A stretch of 63,723 bases of DNA, counting the filler, from Lama guanicoe (Eukaryota), in the NCBI GenBank assembly GCA_013239625.1. It is 183 parts of 183 records of this genome, joined end to end, with 100 filler letters (N's around TTAATTAATTAA, not from the genome) between each part and the next. Parts side by side here need not be neighbours in the genome. Positions count along the whole stretch, not along the records: positions 36,254 to 36,502 come from PNXV01048088.1; positions 36,603 to 36,851 come from PNXV01048089.1; positions 36,952 to 37,200 come from PNXV01048090.1; positions 37,301 to 37,549 come from PNXV01048091.1; positions 37,650 to 37,898 come from PNXV01048092.1; positions 37,999 to 38,247 come from PNXV01048093.1; positions 38,348 to 38,596 come from PNXV01048094.1; positions 38,697 to 38,945 come from PNXV01048095.1; 175 more parts are not named here. One strand, written 5' to 3'. The first letter of the stretch is position 1. Each line of letters starts with the position of its first letter. The position numbers and the translations under genes were made by a program. Positions 36,301-49,066 of the stretch are shown here, piece by piece. The notes beneath the pieces were generated by a model. The model did not search any database. It had not been told where the DNA came from and saw only the letters and a program-made list of their open reading frames with translations.

Positions 36301-36951
36301 AACACAAGGAAGACAGGCAGTGGTCACAGCATAGCAGAAGCATCAGCCACAGAAGCCACAGTAACAGCATCAACACAAGTTAGCTCTGGTCTCTGCACAA
36401 GATAAAATGCAGACACTCCACTGTTCTTAGGCATCTTCCTGCTAAATAAAAACAGCTAAATGAAGCTTAAATGAAGAACAGCACATCCAGAATCAGCTCA
36501 TTNNNNNNNNNNNNNNNNNNNNNNNNNNNNNNNNNNNNNNNNNNNNTTAATTAATTAANNNNNNNNNNNNNNNNNNNNNNNNNNNNNNNNNNNNNNNNNN
36601 NNGTGGCTTAAATTTTACTGGGAGACTTTTGCAGTCCTTGTGCCTTTAGCAGGAAAGGAAGTGAGACTTGGAAGGTATGCACACAGCCAGACGCATCAGG
36701 TCTGAAGGCTGCATCCTCCCCACTGTGTTCAGAACACCGTGGTTCATACTCTCAACGGGTCTTCCCAACCGACGCCAGGAACTAAGGGGGGAATACTGGT
36801 TATCTGTGTTTCTCTTTATTCTCTTCTCCTTGCTTTAATTCATAGAGATAANNNNNNNNNNNNNNNNNNNNNNNNNNNNNNNNNNNNNNNNNNNNTTAAT
36901 TAATTAANNNNNNNNNNNNNNNNNNNNNNNNNNNNNNNNNNNNNNNNNNNN

Positions 36952-37200
36952 CTTTTCTATACATTAAAAACAAGCTATCAGAAAGAGAAATTAGAAAACA
37001 GTCCCATTTATAATTGCATCAAACAGAATAAAATACCTAGGAATAAATTTAACCAATGAGGTGAAAGACCTGTATTCTGAAAACTGTAAGATGTTGATGA
37101 AAGGAATTAAAAAAGACACAAATAAATAGAAAGATACACAATGTTCAAGGATTGGAAGAATTAACATTGTTAAAATGTCCATACTACTCAAAGCAATCCA
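36952..37200 (+). mobile_element. LINE-1 ORF2 (post-RT) fragment
   Basis: aataaaatacctaggaataaatttaacc...gaggtgaaagacctgta...ggattggaagaattaacattgttaaaatgtccatacta (the IKYLGINL...GRINIVKMSIL region). Confidence 0.92.
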
Positions 37201-38768
37201 NNNNNNNNNNNNNNNNNNNNNNNNNNNNNNNNNNNNNNNNNNNNTTAATTAATTAANNNNNNNNNNNNNNNNNNNNNNNNNNNNNNNNNNNNNNNNNNNN
37301 GGAGTACTTTCTGAATTTAGGGGTTATCCCTCTGGGTGAAAGAAGGAAAATTTACACTCACTTGGGGGTCACTTTTGAATACATGGAGTTCAAACCTTCT
37401 CAGTTCCTCAGCCTTTGTTCCTCTTTTCCTGGGTTTAGAGGCCACCTGTACCGCAGGGCACAACTGCCACTCTTACTGCCCATAATCGCCATCTCCAGCC
37501 TGCAGAAGAAGACTCCGTGGAAGGAAGAAGAGTAGGGCTCGAAGCACCANNNNNNNNNNNNNNNNNNNNNNNNNNNNNNNNNNNNNNNNNNNNTTAATTA
37601 ATTAANNNNNNNNNNNNNNNNNNNNNNNNNNNNNNNNNNNNNNNNNNNNCTCATAGAAAAAGACATCACATCTGTGGTTACCAGAAAGGAGAGGGTAGTG
37701 ATGATGGGGACAGGGGTGTGCATACATTGGAAGAAAGTAGTCAAAAGATACAAATATCAGTTATAAGATAAACAAGTATTGGGGATGTAATGTAGAACAC
37801 TGTAGGAGAACACATTTGGGTTAACAAACTTTGATATTGTAATAATTGCTTTACCAAATCATATTCTCACCTTTATGTAAACACATAAGAAATGTATANN
37901 NNNNNNNNNNNNNNNNNNNNNNNNNNNNNNNNNNNNNNNNNNTTAATTAATTAANNNNNNNNNNNNNNNNNNNNNNNNNNNNNNNNNNNNNNNNNNNNAT
38001 ATCTATTTGTGATTTTGATTTGCATTTTTTGATTACTAATGAGATGGGCTTATCTCAGGAGAGAGCCTCTTTTGTGAGGTTCCTGTTCAATTCTCTTGTC
38101 CATTTCCCATTGAATTTTAATCCTTTTCCCTTTCCTCATTCAAATTCTTATGAATAAAAATTGTCTGGACCCGTTAAGAATGTATGTGTCTCAGGAAGAT
38201 TCATCCTGGGAGAGGAAAGAGTAAGGATATACTCAAGACCCCTGTCTNNNNNNNNNNNNNNNNNNNNNNNNNNNNNNNNNNNNNNNNNNNNTTAATTAAT
38301 TAANNNNNNNNNNNNNNNNNNNNNNNNNNNNNNNNNNNNNNNNNNNNTCCCCTTCATTCATATGTCAAACACATTCATTAACTGATTAACTACCATTTGT
38401 CAAGACTTCCCACTCAAAGTCCATGCCTCTACTGTCATAAAGCTCCACTAATAGCTCCAGCCAGAGTATCTTCTTTCCCAAACGAGGATAGGGTGAGTAC
38501 ATTTAAACTACAGGCAGAAATTTTTTCTTCTATTATATCTTTGACTGTTGCTCCTATAGTATGCATTCTAGCAATTTCATCAGGAACATATTTTCCNNNN
38601 NNNNNNNNNNNNNNNNNNNNNNNNNNNNNNNNNNNNNNNNTTAATTAATTAANNNNNNNNNNNNNNNNNNNNNNNNNNNNNNNNNNNNNNNNNNNNCTTC
38701 CCCTCCCCTGCCTCCCCTCCCTCGCTCTCTGTCACTCCCTTGATGAGGCATTGATGAGCTTGTGACAA

Positions 38769-38781
38769 GTTAATTATTAAC
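38769..38781. promoter_or_regulatory. Perfect HNF1 consensus palindrome GTTAATTATTAAC
   Basis: Exact match to GTTAATNATTAAC within a longer near-palindrome, aagttaattattaactt. Function is untested. Confidence 0.35.
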
Positions 38782-39059
38782 TTAAAAGATCTGCACTTCC
38801 CCTTAAAGGAGGCAGGGGTTCCTGAGGGAGAGGGAAGTTTGGTTATTGCACAATCACAGCATGGCTCCCGGACCCCACCTTGATGCCACCTGGCAGACCT
38901 GAACTTGGTTCTAGGCACATCTCAACCTGCTCGCGGTCACCTGAGNNNNNNNNNNNNNNNNNNNNNNNNNNNNNNNNNNNNNNNNNNNNTTAATTAATTA
39001 ANNNNNNNNNNNNNNNNNNNNNNNNNNNNNNNNNNNNNNNNNNNNGGCGGGGCGGGCTG

Positions 39060-39130
39060 GGTGGGCAGCAGTCTGTGTTTTCACAGGCCCTCCAGTGATT
39101 CTCAGGTTTGCTTAAGTGAAAGAACTACTG
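39060..39130. mobile_element. MER5A (hAT-Charlie) fragment
   Basis: cagcagtctgtgttttcacaggccctccagtgattct...agtgaaagaactactg. Confidence 0.6.
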
Positions 39131-39394
39131 AGTTAGAATCTATCTCTACAGCGCCTACTGGTGCCCAGGACCTGTTACTGCACCTCCTTCACGTCCTCTC
39201 CAGGAAGCGAGCACCCCACAGTCAAGGGCACAAGACAGAAAGGCTTGAGGTTTGGTGTGGGGAGGAAAAAAAGCATTTATTTAAAAAAAAAAAANNNNNN
39301 NNNNNNNNNNNNNNNNNNNNNNNNNNNNNNNNNNNNNNTTAATTAATTAANNNNNNNNNNNNNNNNNNNNNNNNNNNNNNNNNNNNNNNNNNNN

Positions 39395-39643
39395 AGAACA
39401 TGGATTGCAGAAACATTATTTAGAATATAGAATAGAGAATACTGACTATAGAGTTTTGAACATAGAATGCAGAACACAAAATTTTGAATATAAAATACAG
39501 AATCCTGAATATAGTATATAGCACATGGAATACAGAACACATAATTTAGAATTTAGAATACAGAATACAGAATATAGAATTAAGAATATAGAATGTACAA
39601 AACAGAATATAGAATATTGAATACGAAATGCAGAATATAGAAT
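39395..39643 (+). repeat. Degenerate 7-nt tandem satellite (AGAATAY), same family as 14971-15218
   Basis: agaatat/agaatac/agaacac units, plus a shared agaaca(c/t)ggattgcagaa motif. Confidence 0.9.
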
Positions 39644-40092
39644 NNNNNNNNNNNNNNNNNNNNNNNNNNNNNNNNNNNNNNNNNNNNTTAATTAATTAAN
39701 NNNNNNNNNNNNNNNNNNNNNNNNNNNNNNNNNNNNNNNNNNNATTTCTTGGGGTTCCTGATTCATAGCAGAAAGTGTCCTGAGTGAGGGCCCAGCCGGG
39801 CTCTGCGGTACCAGCTCTGTGTGCCTTTAGAGGATGAAGCTTTCAGCCTCAGGTTCCTTCTGTGCTCAGCCGGCATCCTCCCTTGCTCTGACGCTAAGTG
39901 AGAAATGGTTGGGGGCTGCTCTGCACATGGTAACGCATGAGGAACCTGCGGTTTGCTCCAGCGGTGGGGAGGACCGGGGGGAGACCACATTCNNNNNNNN
40001 NNNNNNNNNNNNNNNNNNNNNNNNNNNNNNNNNNNNTTAATTAATTAANNNNNNNNNNNNNNNNNNNNNNNNNNNNNNNNNNNNNNNNNNNN

Positions 40093-40341
40093 TTTTTTTA
40101 AAAAATCTGTTTTATATATATTAGCGTCTAACTGTTCATTGCAAGCCCCTAATTTATCTGTCTCCCCACTTTCCTCTTTGGTAACCATAAGTTTGTTTCT
40201 ATGTCTCTGAGGCTGTTTCTTTTTTGTAAATAAGTTCATTTGTATCATTTTTAGCTCTCACATATAAGTAATATCATATTTGTCTTTATCTGACTTACTT
40301 TACTTGCATGATAATCTCTAGGTCCATCCATCTGGCTGCAA
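40093..40341 (-). mobile_element. LINE-1 3' end fragment
   Basis: ctttggtaaccataagtttgtt...tttgtaaataagttcatttgtatc...cacatataagt...ataatctctaggtccatccat. Confidence 0.88.
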
Positions 40342-41489
40342 NNNNNNNNNNNNNNNNNNNNNNNNNNNNNNNNNNNNNNNNNNNNTTAATTAATTAANNN
40401 NNNNNNNNNNNNNNNNNNNNNNNNNNNNNNNNNNNNNNNNNAGAACTATGCTAATCAAGGAGTTCAAAGTTTAAAAGGAGATCTCCTCACTGAGATCCCC
40501 TTTTTCCAGGAACCAAACACTCATTTTTCCAGCAGCTGGGCATATAGGCTCTTGACAGCTCACAGTCAATTTCTTGGGAACTCATTTGCCTTGAGCAAAA
40601 GGAACGTGCTTTGCTAAAGTGTTAAGCTGAAGGCAGTGCACGCCTCATGACTGCTTGACATGAGGGGACCAAGGTCTGACCTCTGTGCCTNNNNNNNNNN
40701 NNNNNNNNNNNNNNNNNNNNNNNNNNNNNNNNNNTTAATTAATTAANNNNNNNNNNNNNNNNNNNNNNNNNNNNNNNNNNNNNNNNNNNNCCCCCTGAGG
40801 CTCTGTGGCCTCGTGGGAAGGACGCTGCTCCTGTGCCAAGTCTACATTTAGGTCCTTGTGCTGAAACCTGAGTGGTGTGTTCTCGCAGTTATGATTCGAT
40901 GCTCTGAATTTCACTCTTCTCAGCTATGACACAGGAATATTAATGTCCACAAATAACCACTCAGGAATACAAAGATAGTCAGGAGAATGATTTATGAACT
41001 ACAAAGTACCAGACCAATAAAAGATATTAATTTTACTATNNNNNNNNNNNNNNNNNNNNNNNNNNNNNNNNNNNNNNNNNNNNTTAATTAATTAANNNNN
41101 NNNNNNNNNNNNNNNNNNNNNNNNNNNNNNNNNNNNNNNCAGGGCATGAATGAAAGGTTCTCCCCTTTCTCCTTGTTCTGTTGAATCATTGTGCCCAATA
41201 AGCTTATTAAGGCAGGAATAACTTCCCACTCTGCAGCGTGGGCTGCTGCAGCCCTGCCAAAAGGTTCCTGGAAATTTTTCTCAGGAGATTTGGGAAAGGG
41301 AAGAGCCTGGAAGCGAAGCCCCTGCTTCGTGAGGTGGCTGAAGAAGATGTTGGAGGTCTCAGGCCTCAAGGTTCCTGCTCTAGAATTCNNNNNNNNNNNN
41401 NNNNNNNNNNNNNNNNNNNNNNNNNNNNNNNNTTAATTAATTAANNNNNNNNNNNNNNNNNNNNNNNNNNNNNNNNNNNNNNNNNNNNC

Positions 41490-41737
41490 TTTGAAATCCT
41501 CTATGGGCAACCACCACCTTTAGTCAGGATGGGAAATCCCACCCGAGAAATAGGAAATTTAGGGCTCCACCAACATCTGTTGGGACTAGGACAAGTACTA
41601 CAAGAAGTTTGGGATTGGGTAGTAGAGGGAACCCCCATTTCATTAGGGGTCCAAGTGTATCCCTATAAACCAGGTGACCAAATATGGCTGAAGGATTGGA
41701 AAAAGGAACCTCTCAAACCAACATGGAAGGGACCATA
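41490..41737 (+). mobile_element. Endogenous retrovirus (ERV1/gamma-like) pol: integrase C-terminal region, open frame
   Basis: FEILYGQPPPLVRMGNPTREIGNLGLHQHLLGLGQVLQEVWDWVVEGTPISLGVQVYPYKPGDQIWLKDWKKEPLKPTWKGP contains the (P)FEILYG.PP, PGD.VW.K and W.GP(Y) motifs. Confidence 0.9.
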
Positions 41738-42535
41738 NNNNNNNNNNNNNNNNNNNNNNNNNNNNNNNNNNNNNNNNNNNNTTAATTAATTAANNNNNNN
41801 NNNNNNNNNNNNNNNNNNNNNNNNNNNNNNNNNNNNNGTGTTGAGAGTTTGGTCATGGGGTGAAATACTGTAAACTTACCCACCTTGTACTGAGAGCTGT
41901 AGGATCTCCTTCTCTGCTAAAAACACCCTGCTCTTGTCACCACATTCCCATCCGTGACAGCACTACTTTGTAATGAATGTATGTAGTGTTCTGCTTCTCA
42001 TGGATCAATGCAATGCATCCATTTATAGTTCATAAAGTTATTTATTTATTTTATTTAAAGTTATTTATTCATATGTAGTACTCATANNNNNNNNNNNNNN
42101 NNNNNNNNNNNNNNNNNNNNNNNNNNNNNNTTAATTAATTAANNNNNNNNNNNNNNNNNNNNNNNNNNNNNNNNNNNNNNNNNNNNCTTTGTTATAGCAT
42201 TCTTTACATTCTTAGGAAAAGTCTGTAACTACTTTATATATTTGTAAAGATGATGGAAATAGGGAAGTGAATGAAGACAGTCACTCCAGGAGGCCATTTC
42301 AGATTAACTCTTGAATACCCCTACTCTTCTTATATACTTTTCTCTCCCCAGTCTTTCCCCAACTTAATCTTGGTGTGTGTCCATGATTTTTTTTTTTGGA
42401 GCTTTAACATTCTTTGTAAACTAATGGGAAACAGTNNNNNNNNNNNNNNNNNNNNNNNNNNNNNNNNNNNNNNNNNNNNTTAATTAATTAANNNNNNNNN
42501 NNNNNNNNNNNNNNNNNNNNNNNNNNNNNNNNNNN

Positions 42536-42784
42536 GCTGGCAGCAAGGGGAGCAGCATGAGTGGGTCATGGTGTCAGTGGTGGAAGTTGGAACTCCTGTT
42601 GAGTGGTGAGTTTCTCAGATTCTGATCACTCCTTCTGTTCTGGGGCTTTTATACACTGGACCCCCAGTGTTGGGACCAATAAGCAGGACTTTCCTGGTTG
42701 TTGTTTACGTTGTTTTTGGAGTCATTAGGTAATTGTTATGGAGGAAGTTGTTCTCTTGGCATTTTATAGAGATACCTCTGTAAA
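42536..42784 (-). mobile_element. Possible LTR (U3/R region)
   Basis: The minus strand has ATTGG followed by gtataaaagcccc (TATA box), a layout typical of LTR promoters. Family not recognised. Confidence 0.35.
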
Positions 42785-43299
42785 NNNNNNNNNNNNNNNN
42801 NNNNNNNNNNNNNNNNNNNNNNNNNNNNTTAATTAATTAANNNNNNNNNNNNNNNNNNNNNNNNNNNNNNNNNNNNNNNNNNNNGGGTCTGTTACTTTTA
42901 TCGTTGTTTTTGATGTTACTTGTTTAGTAACTTTCATGGACTATTTCTGTAGAAGTTCGATCCTTCATCACATCAGGCCCCTGGATGCTCTGGTGTTAGC
43001 AGCGGGTTCAGCTCATGTGTGCACAGAGGTCTCCTCAAAGGCCTGAACCAACAGGTCTCTCAGGGCTCTGCATGTGAGACGGGCGCACCGTCAACACTCA
43101 AGCAGGTGGGCCACACTCTGTCTTAGCGCTAATNNNNNNNNNNNNNNNNNNNNNNNNNNNNNNNNNNNNNNNNNNNNTTAATTAATTAANNNNNNNNNNN
43201 NNNNNNNNNNNNNNNNNNNNNNNNNNNNNNNNNGTTTTTTTTCCTCCAGAAAATGTATAGTATTCTTTTAGCCTAAGTAAAAACATTAAATGAGATGTT

Positions 43300-43482
43300 G
43301 ATATGGGCTGAATGATTCTGTCCCCTCTAAAACAAATCGTATGCTGAAGCCCTACCCACAGTGTGATGGAATTCCGTGTGAGGCCTCTGGGAGGTGATCA
43401 GGGTCAGATACAGCTGGGAGTGGGGAGCTCTCATGGTGCGAGGTGTCCTTACAAGAAGAGACACCTGAGAGCCTGTGCTTCT
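43300..43482 (+). mobile_element. MLT1/MST (MaLR) LTR 5' fragment
   Basis: tatgggctgaat...gtcccct.aaa...tatgctgaagcccta.cccacagtgtgatgg...gtgtccttacaagaagagacac. Confidence 0.75.
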
Positions 43483-44980
43483 NNNNNNNNNNNNNNNNNN
43501 NNNNNNNNNNNNNNNNNNNNNNNNNNTTAATTAATTAANNNNNNNNNNNNNNNNNNNNNNNNNNNNNNNNNNNNNNNNNNNNAAAAAAAAGTGAATGAAG
43601 GGCCACAAATGGCAAAATACCCTTCCCTTTTTATGGGTGAGTTGTATTCCATTACTTATATATGCTGCATCTCCATTATCTATTCAACTCTTGATGTGCA
43701 CTCAGGCTGCTTCCGTATCTTGGCAATTATAAATAATGTTGCTATTAATAGCAGAGTGTATGTACCTTTTTTAGTTAATTCTTATTTTGTGGTTGGCTTT
43801 ATTCTTTTGATAACTATGTTAAGTTTAAAAANNNNNNNNNNNNNNNNNNNNNNNNNNNNNNNNNNNNNNNNNNNNTTAATTAATTAANNNNNNNNNNNNN
43901 NNNNNNNNNNNNNNNNNNNNNNNNNNNNNNNCCACCTCACAAAAGCAAGGCCTTCCTCCCTCAAATCCCAGTCTGTCCTTAGTGTACTGCTCTGAACTGG
44001 TAGGCCCTCCGTTTGCCAGACAATGGGCCATTTCCAGCCCTGGGGTCAGTGCTGAGAAAGTGGATGCCTGTAGTAACTGGGGAGGAGATCCTCCTGCAAG
44101 TCAGGTGGCGTGTAGTTCTTAGTTCTCTACAAAAATTAAAGGAGGACCTAATCCACTTGTCAGCCTACAGATCATGAAAANNNNNNNNNNNNNNNNNNNN
44201 NNNNNNNNNNNNNNNNNNNNNNNNTTAATTAATTAANNNNNNNNNNNNNNNNNNNNNNNNNNNNNNNNNNNNNNNNNNNNAAAGAATATAATAAAAACAG
44301 GACAATTGACTCATGCTAGTTGCCCCTAACGGGGAGGAACAGAGACATGGACGTCTGAAGGCGATAGCTAAATCAAGATGGGGCCCAGCGTCAGGTGGAT
44401 TGTCATCAGAAACCTGGGTACTCTCGCATAGACACGTGCTCATCCGCTCAAGTGGATGGCCCAAGTCTATGGAAGGTACTCAAAATACTTAACAACTGGT
44501 ACAATCAGGCACTAACCCATCACAGTAGGNNNNNNNNNNNNNNNNNNNNNNNNNNNNNNNNNNNNNNNNNNNNTTAATTAATTAANNNNNNNNNNNNNNN
44601 NNNNNNNNNNNNNNNNNNNNNNNNNNNNNGCTCCTTCCCCTCGGGCTGAGCTCCCTGAGCTGAAGGGAAAGAACTGGATGCCCCAGATCACTGTCCTGCC
44701 CCTTCCCTCCCCCCAGTACAGTGTCAGTGTCACTGCTGCAGAGGGGACAGACCGATCAGGTCACATCCTGGGGCCTCCCTGTGTGGCCGCCCCTCCTGGA
44801 GGGTCACAGCCAGAAGTGAGAACTGAAGGAAATCTAAGCTCTGGGCCCGTTCTCGCCTTTGACACTTGGGGAAACTGANNNNNNNNNNNNNNNNNNNNNN
44901 NNNNNNNNNNNNNNNNNNNNNNTTAATTAATTAANNNNNNNNNNNNNNNNNNNNNNNNNNNNNNNNNNNNNNNNNNNNAG

Positions 44981-45226
44981 CAGTGGTTCTTTGGGTTCTT
45001 TGTGGCGGCAGAGTGTTTTCTCCTGGCGTCCATGGCCTACGAGCACTATGTCGCCATCTGCAACCCATTATTGTACTCTGTTGCCATGTCCCGGAGACTC
45101 TTTATCCAGCTGGTGGCTGGCGCCTATGCCATCGGGTTCGTGAACACTATGATGCACACAACAAATGCATTTCACCTCCCTTTTTGTGGCCTCAATGTCA
45201 TCAATCATTTCTTCTGTGATATGTCC
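44981..45226 (+). CDS. Olfactory receptor, class II family 5 (OR5G-like), TM3-ECL2 fragment; possibly a pseudogene
   Basis: [82 protein letters not shown] contains the OR motifs ECFLLAx[12 protein letters not shown] and [13 protein letters not shown] is altered to MAYEHY. Confidence 0.93.
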
Positions 45227-47421
45227 CNNNNNNNNNNNNNNNNNNNNNNNNNNNNNNNNNNNNNNNNNNNNTTAATTAATTAANNNNNNNNNNNNNNNNN
45301 NNNNNNNNNNNNNNNNNNNNNNNNNNNCACAGCGGTCAGCCTTCCAGAGCAAGGAGTGCCTCTGTGCGGAGGGGCACATTGTCTCTGCTCAGGCTCCCTG
45401 GGAGCAGAGCCTGGGACAGGGTTGGGGTGTGTGGTCTATTGAGGGAAGCAGGTTAGAGAAGGAGAAAGAGCCAAGCAAGGATATAGTGTCATACAAGTTT
45501 AGCCTGTCCCCATCTGGGGACACCGGAACATACGGTTGTCCCCTCTTGGGGTAAGGAGGAGGCAACCTTCTCTACCNNNNNNNNNNNNNNNNNNNNNNNN
45601 NNNNNNNNNNNNNNNNNNNNTTAATTAATTAANNNNNNNNNNNNNNNNNNNNNNNNNNNNNNNNNNNNNNNNNNNNATGATCATTTATTGAATTTACAAG
45701 GGGTGGAAATTACCAAAGTTGACACCGCATGGGCCTCTCATCTCGGGGTCCTTCATTTACATCCAGGCTGTAAAAAGGCAGAGAAAGTGGGTAGGGAGGT
45801 GTTTCTCTTTCCTTCGTTCCAGGCTGAGTCTGGGTGGAGGCTTCAAGGGGATGACTCAGGGAGACTGAAATGCACTCTCTGCCCTTGGGCAACAGAGAAC
45901 CATGCCTGTCTGTGACAGTGGGAACNNNNNNNNNNNNNNNNNNNNNNNNNNNNNNNNNNNNNNNNNNNNTTAATTAATTAANNNNNNNNNNNNNNNNNNN
46001 NNNNNNNNNNNNNNNNNNNNNNNNNGACAGAGGTCCCTGCTGGACCGAACCCTAGGATCCTCTCTACTCCTGCTCCCGTCCCCCATCCATTATTCCCCGG
46101 GAGACCAGTGACCCTTCCCCTCCTGCCCCCGTGGACCCATCCAGACCACAGGCAGCTCCTGGACACTCTCCGTCAGCCCCCATCACTGGGGGCCCTCCTG
46201 ACATTCAGGATCCAGCGCTGAAATGAAACCCGATCCCAGTCAAGTCAGGGCAAAGGATAAGGGTTATTGTTAAANNNNNNNNNNNNNNNNNNNNNNNNNN
46301 NNNNNNNNNNNNNNNNNNTTAATTAATTAANNNNNNNNNNNNNNNNNNNNNNNNNNNNNNNNNNNNNNNNNNNNTAATTCCCAAAACACATGGCATCACA
46401 TAAAATCCTTAGGAGAGCACCACGTAAGTATTGGGGCTAAATCATCCATAAACTAAAAGATGCCCTGGACATAACCTAATAAAACCAAGTAACTAGCTTC
46501 AAAATGATACAGCTAAGTCCCAGTAGCTTACCTGCATGCCAGAACAGCGTCCAGCACTGTTTTAAGGAGTACAACAAAATCTAGCACCCAACACTCTATG
46601 TCTGGAATCCAAGCAAAAATGATNNNNNNNNNNNNNNNNNNNNNNNNNNNNNNNNNNNNNNNNNNNNTTAATTAATTAANNNNNNNNNNNNNNNNNNNNN
46701 NNNNNNNNNNNNNNNNNNNNNNNCTGACAGGGCGCTATTTCAAAATGAAGAGATAAGCAAAAAAAAAAAAAAGATAAAAATGCACCAAGTGTTTAGAAAA
46801 AAATTAAACAGAAAACTCACCTACAATTCTAGGAGTTTTCAGGTTAAGCAACAGAAATCAGGACCCCAAACACAGGAATCCAGTCTGAAAACAAGGATCG
46901 TGTGCCCCGATGTTCCTTCAGCGCCCACCAAAAGCACCCTATGTCATCAGCCGCGGGTGCTCTCCCTTCCGGNNNNNNNNNNNNNNNNNNNNNNNNNNNN
47001 NNNNNNNNNNNNNNNNTTAATTAATTAANNNNNNNNNNNNNNNNNNNNNNNNNNNNNNNNNNNNNNNNNNNNCAGAAAGCTGAAAGAATTGTACCGGGAA
47101 CTCCTGAGAGTCCACGGCTTCAATTCCACAATGAAGGGTTTGCCACGACTGCTTTATCACAAACCCACCCACCACCCACCCCTCTGCCCACCCACTTGCC
47201 ATTTTACTTAGTGACGCATTTCAAAGTAAGTTGCAGGCATTTTCCCCTTAAACACATCAGCATGCATATCATTAATCAGTATCAGTATCTGAAACACTTA
47301 TTTATCCAGTCATGTTTTCCTNNNNNNNNNNNNNNNNNNNNNNNNNNNNNNNNNNNNNNNNNNNNTTAATTAATTAANNNNNNNNNNNNNNNNNNNNNNN
47401 NNNNNNNNNNNNNNNNNNNNN

Positions 47422-47546
47422 CTGGGGGGTGAGGAGGAGGCAATTAGGTTTATTTATTTACTTATTATTTTAATGGAGGTACTGGGGCTTGAACCTAGGA
47501 CCTCGTGCATGTTGACCATGTACTCACCAGTCAGCTATATCCTACC
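47422..47546 (-). mobile_element. Vic-1-type tRNA-derived SINE, near full length
   Basis: ggaggaggcaattaggtttatttatttac...aatggaggtactggggcttgaacctaggacctcgtgcatg...cagctatatcc. Confidence 0.85.
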
Positions 47547-48119
47547 ACCTCCTACCAGAAGATTTTAAGTACAAAGAAACCTAAGGCTCCATATTCAGTA
47601 TATGGCAGGTCTAGTTGGGATTTTTTTCCCATACTTTTTATAACACTGCTAATTAGAGATTATTAGTTACNNNNNNNNNNNNNNNNNNNNNNNNNNNNNN
47701 NNNNNNNNNNNNNNTTAATTAATTAANNNNNNNNNNNNNNNNNNNNNNNNNNNNNNNNNNNNNNNNNNNNTTTACAACCATTTTCTAAAAGCCTTTTTTT
47801 TTTTTTGTATTTGTTGGTTTTTCCAAATAAGGATGAGTAGCTCTACAAAAATGAGACGCGAGAAAAAGACAGTTAGTAAGTGAGGATTTCTCTTGGAGAC
47901 AGCTATGTCAAGGGAGAATCGGATACGGACACTGCTGCTCGTAGGAACCACCTCGTACTCTTCCTGCGCGGTTCACCTGAAGTGCCTGCCCCATGACTGC
48001 TCTCCACACCCGTTTGTTCNNNNNNNNNNNNNNNNNNNNNNNNNNNNNNNNNNNNNNNNNNNNTTAATTAATTAANNNNNNNNNNNNNNNNNNNNNNNNN
48101 NNNNNNNNNNNNNNNNNNN

Positions 48120-48368
48120 ATCAAATCCAACAGCATATTAAGAATATTACACATCATGACCAAGTGACATTTATCCCATGAATGCAGGGGTGGTTCAACA
48201 TTTTATAAAATCAATCAACAAAATACGTCATATTAATAGAATGAAGGGGAAAAGCCACAAGATTATCTCAACTGATGCATATAAGATATTTGACAAAATC
48301 CAACATTCTTCATCATCAGAAACACTCAGAAAACTAAAAAATAGAAGGGAACGTCCTCAACATGATAA
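48120..48368 (+). mobile_element. LINE-1 ORF2 RT-domain fragment (copy 1)
   Basis: The IHHDQV / [33 protein letters not shown] region of L1 reverse transcriptase, degenerate. Confidence 0.9.
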
Positions 48369-48468
48369 NNNNNNNNNNNNNNNNNNNNNNNNNNNNNNNN
48401 NNNNNNNNNNNNTTAATTAATTAANNNNNNNNNNNNNNNNNNNNNNNNNNNNNNNNNNNNNNNNNNNN

Positions 48469-48717
48469 ATCAAATCCAACAGCATATTAAGAATATTACA
48501 CATCATGACCAAGTGACTTTTATCCCATGAATGCAGGGGTGGTTCAACATTTTACAAAATCAATCAACAAAATACGTCATATCAATAGAATGAAGGGGAA
48601 AAGCCACAAGATTATCTCAACTGATGCATACAAGATATTTGACAAAATCCAACATTCTTCATCATCAAAAACACTCAGAAAACTAAAAAATAGAAGGGAA
48701 CGTCCTCAACATGATAA
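48469..48717 (+). mobile_element. LINE-1 ORF2 RT-domain fragment (copy 2, ~5 substitutions from copy 1)
   Basis: Near-identical to 48120-48368. Confidence 0.9.
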
Positions 48718-48817
48718 NNNNNNNNNNNNNNNNNNNNNNNNNNNNNNNNNNNNNNNNNNNNTTAATTAATTAANNNNNNNNNNNNNNNNNNNNNNNNNNN
48801 NNNNNNNNNNNNNNNNN

Positions 48818-49066
48818 AATACTACTCAGCCATAAAAAAGAAGGAAATAATGCCATTTGCAGCAACGTGCTTGGACCCCAAGGGCATTATGCTAAGTGAA
48901 GTAAGTCAGACAGAGAAAGACAAATACCATGATCTGTCATATATGTGGAATCTGGACCAAAAAAAGTAACCCAAGCTCACAGATAAAGAGAACAGATTGG
49001 TGGTTCCCAAAGCAGGAGGTTGGGGGTGGGGTGAAATGGGTGAAAGGGATCAAAAGGTAAAAAGGA
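48818..49066 (+). mobile_element. LINE-1 ORF2 end/3'UTR
   Basis: aatactactcagccataaaaaagaa.gaaataatgccatttgcagcaac...tatgctaagtgaagtaagtcagacagagaaagacaaatacc. Confidence 0.9.

Noticed and set aside
44281..44529. Possible ERV env/internal fragment
   Set aside because: The composition is suggestive, but I could not identify any diagnostic retroviral motif.
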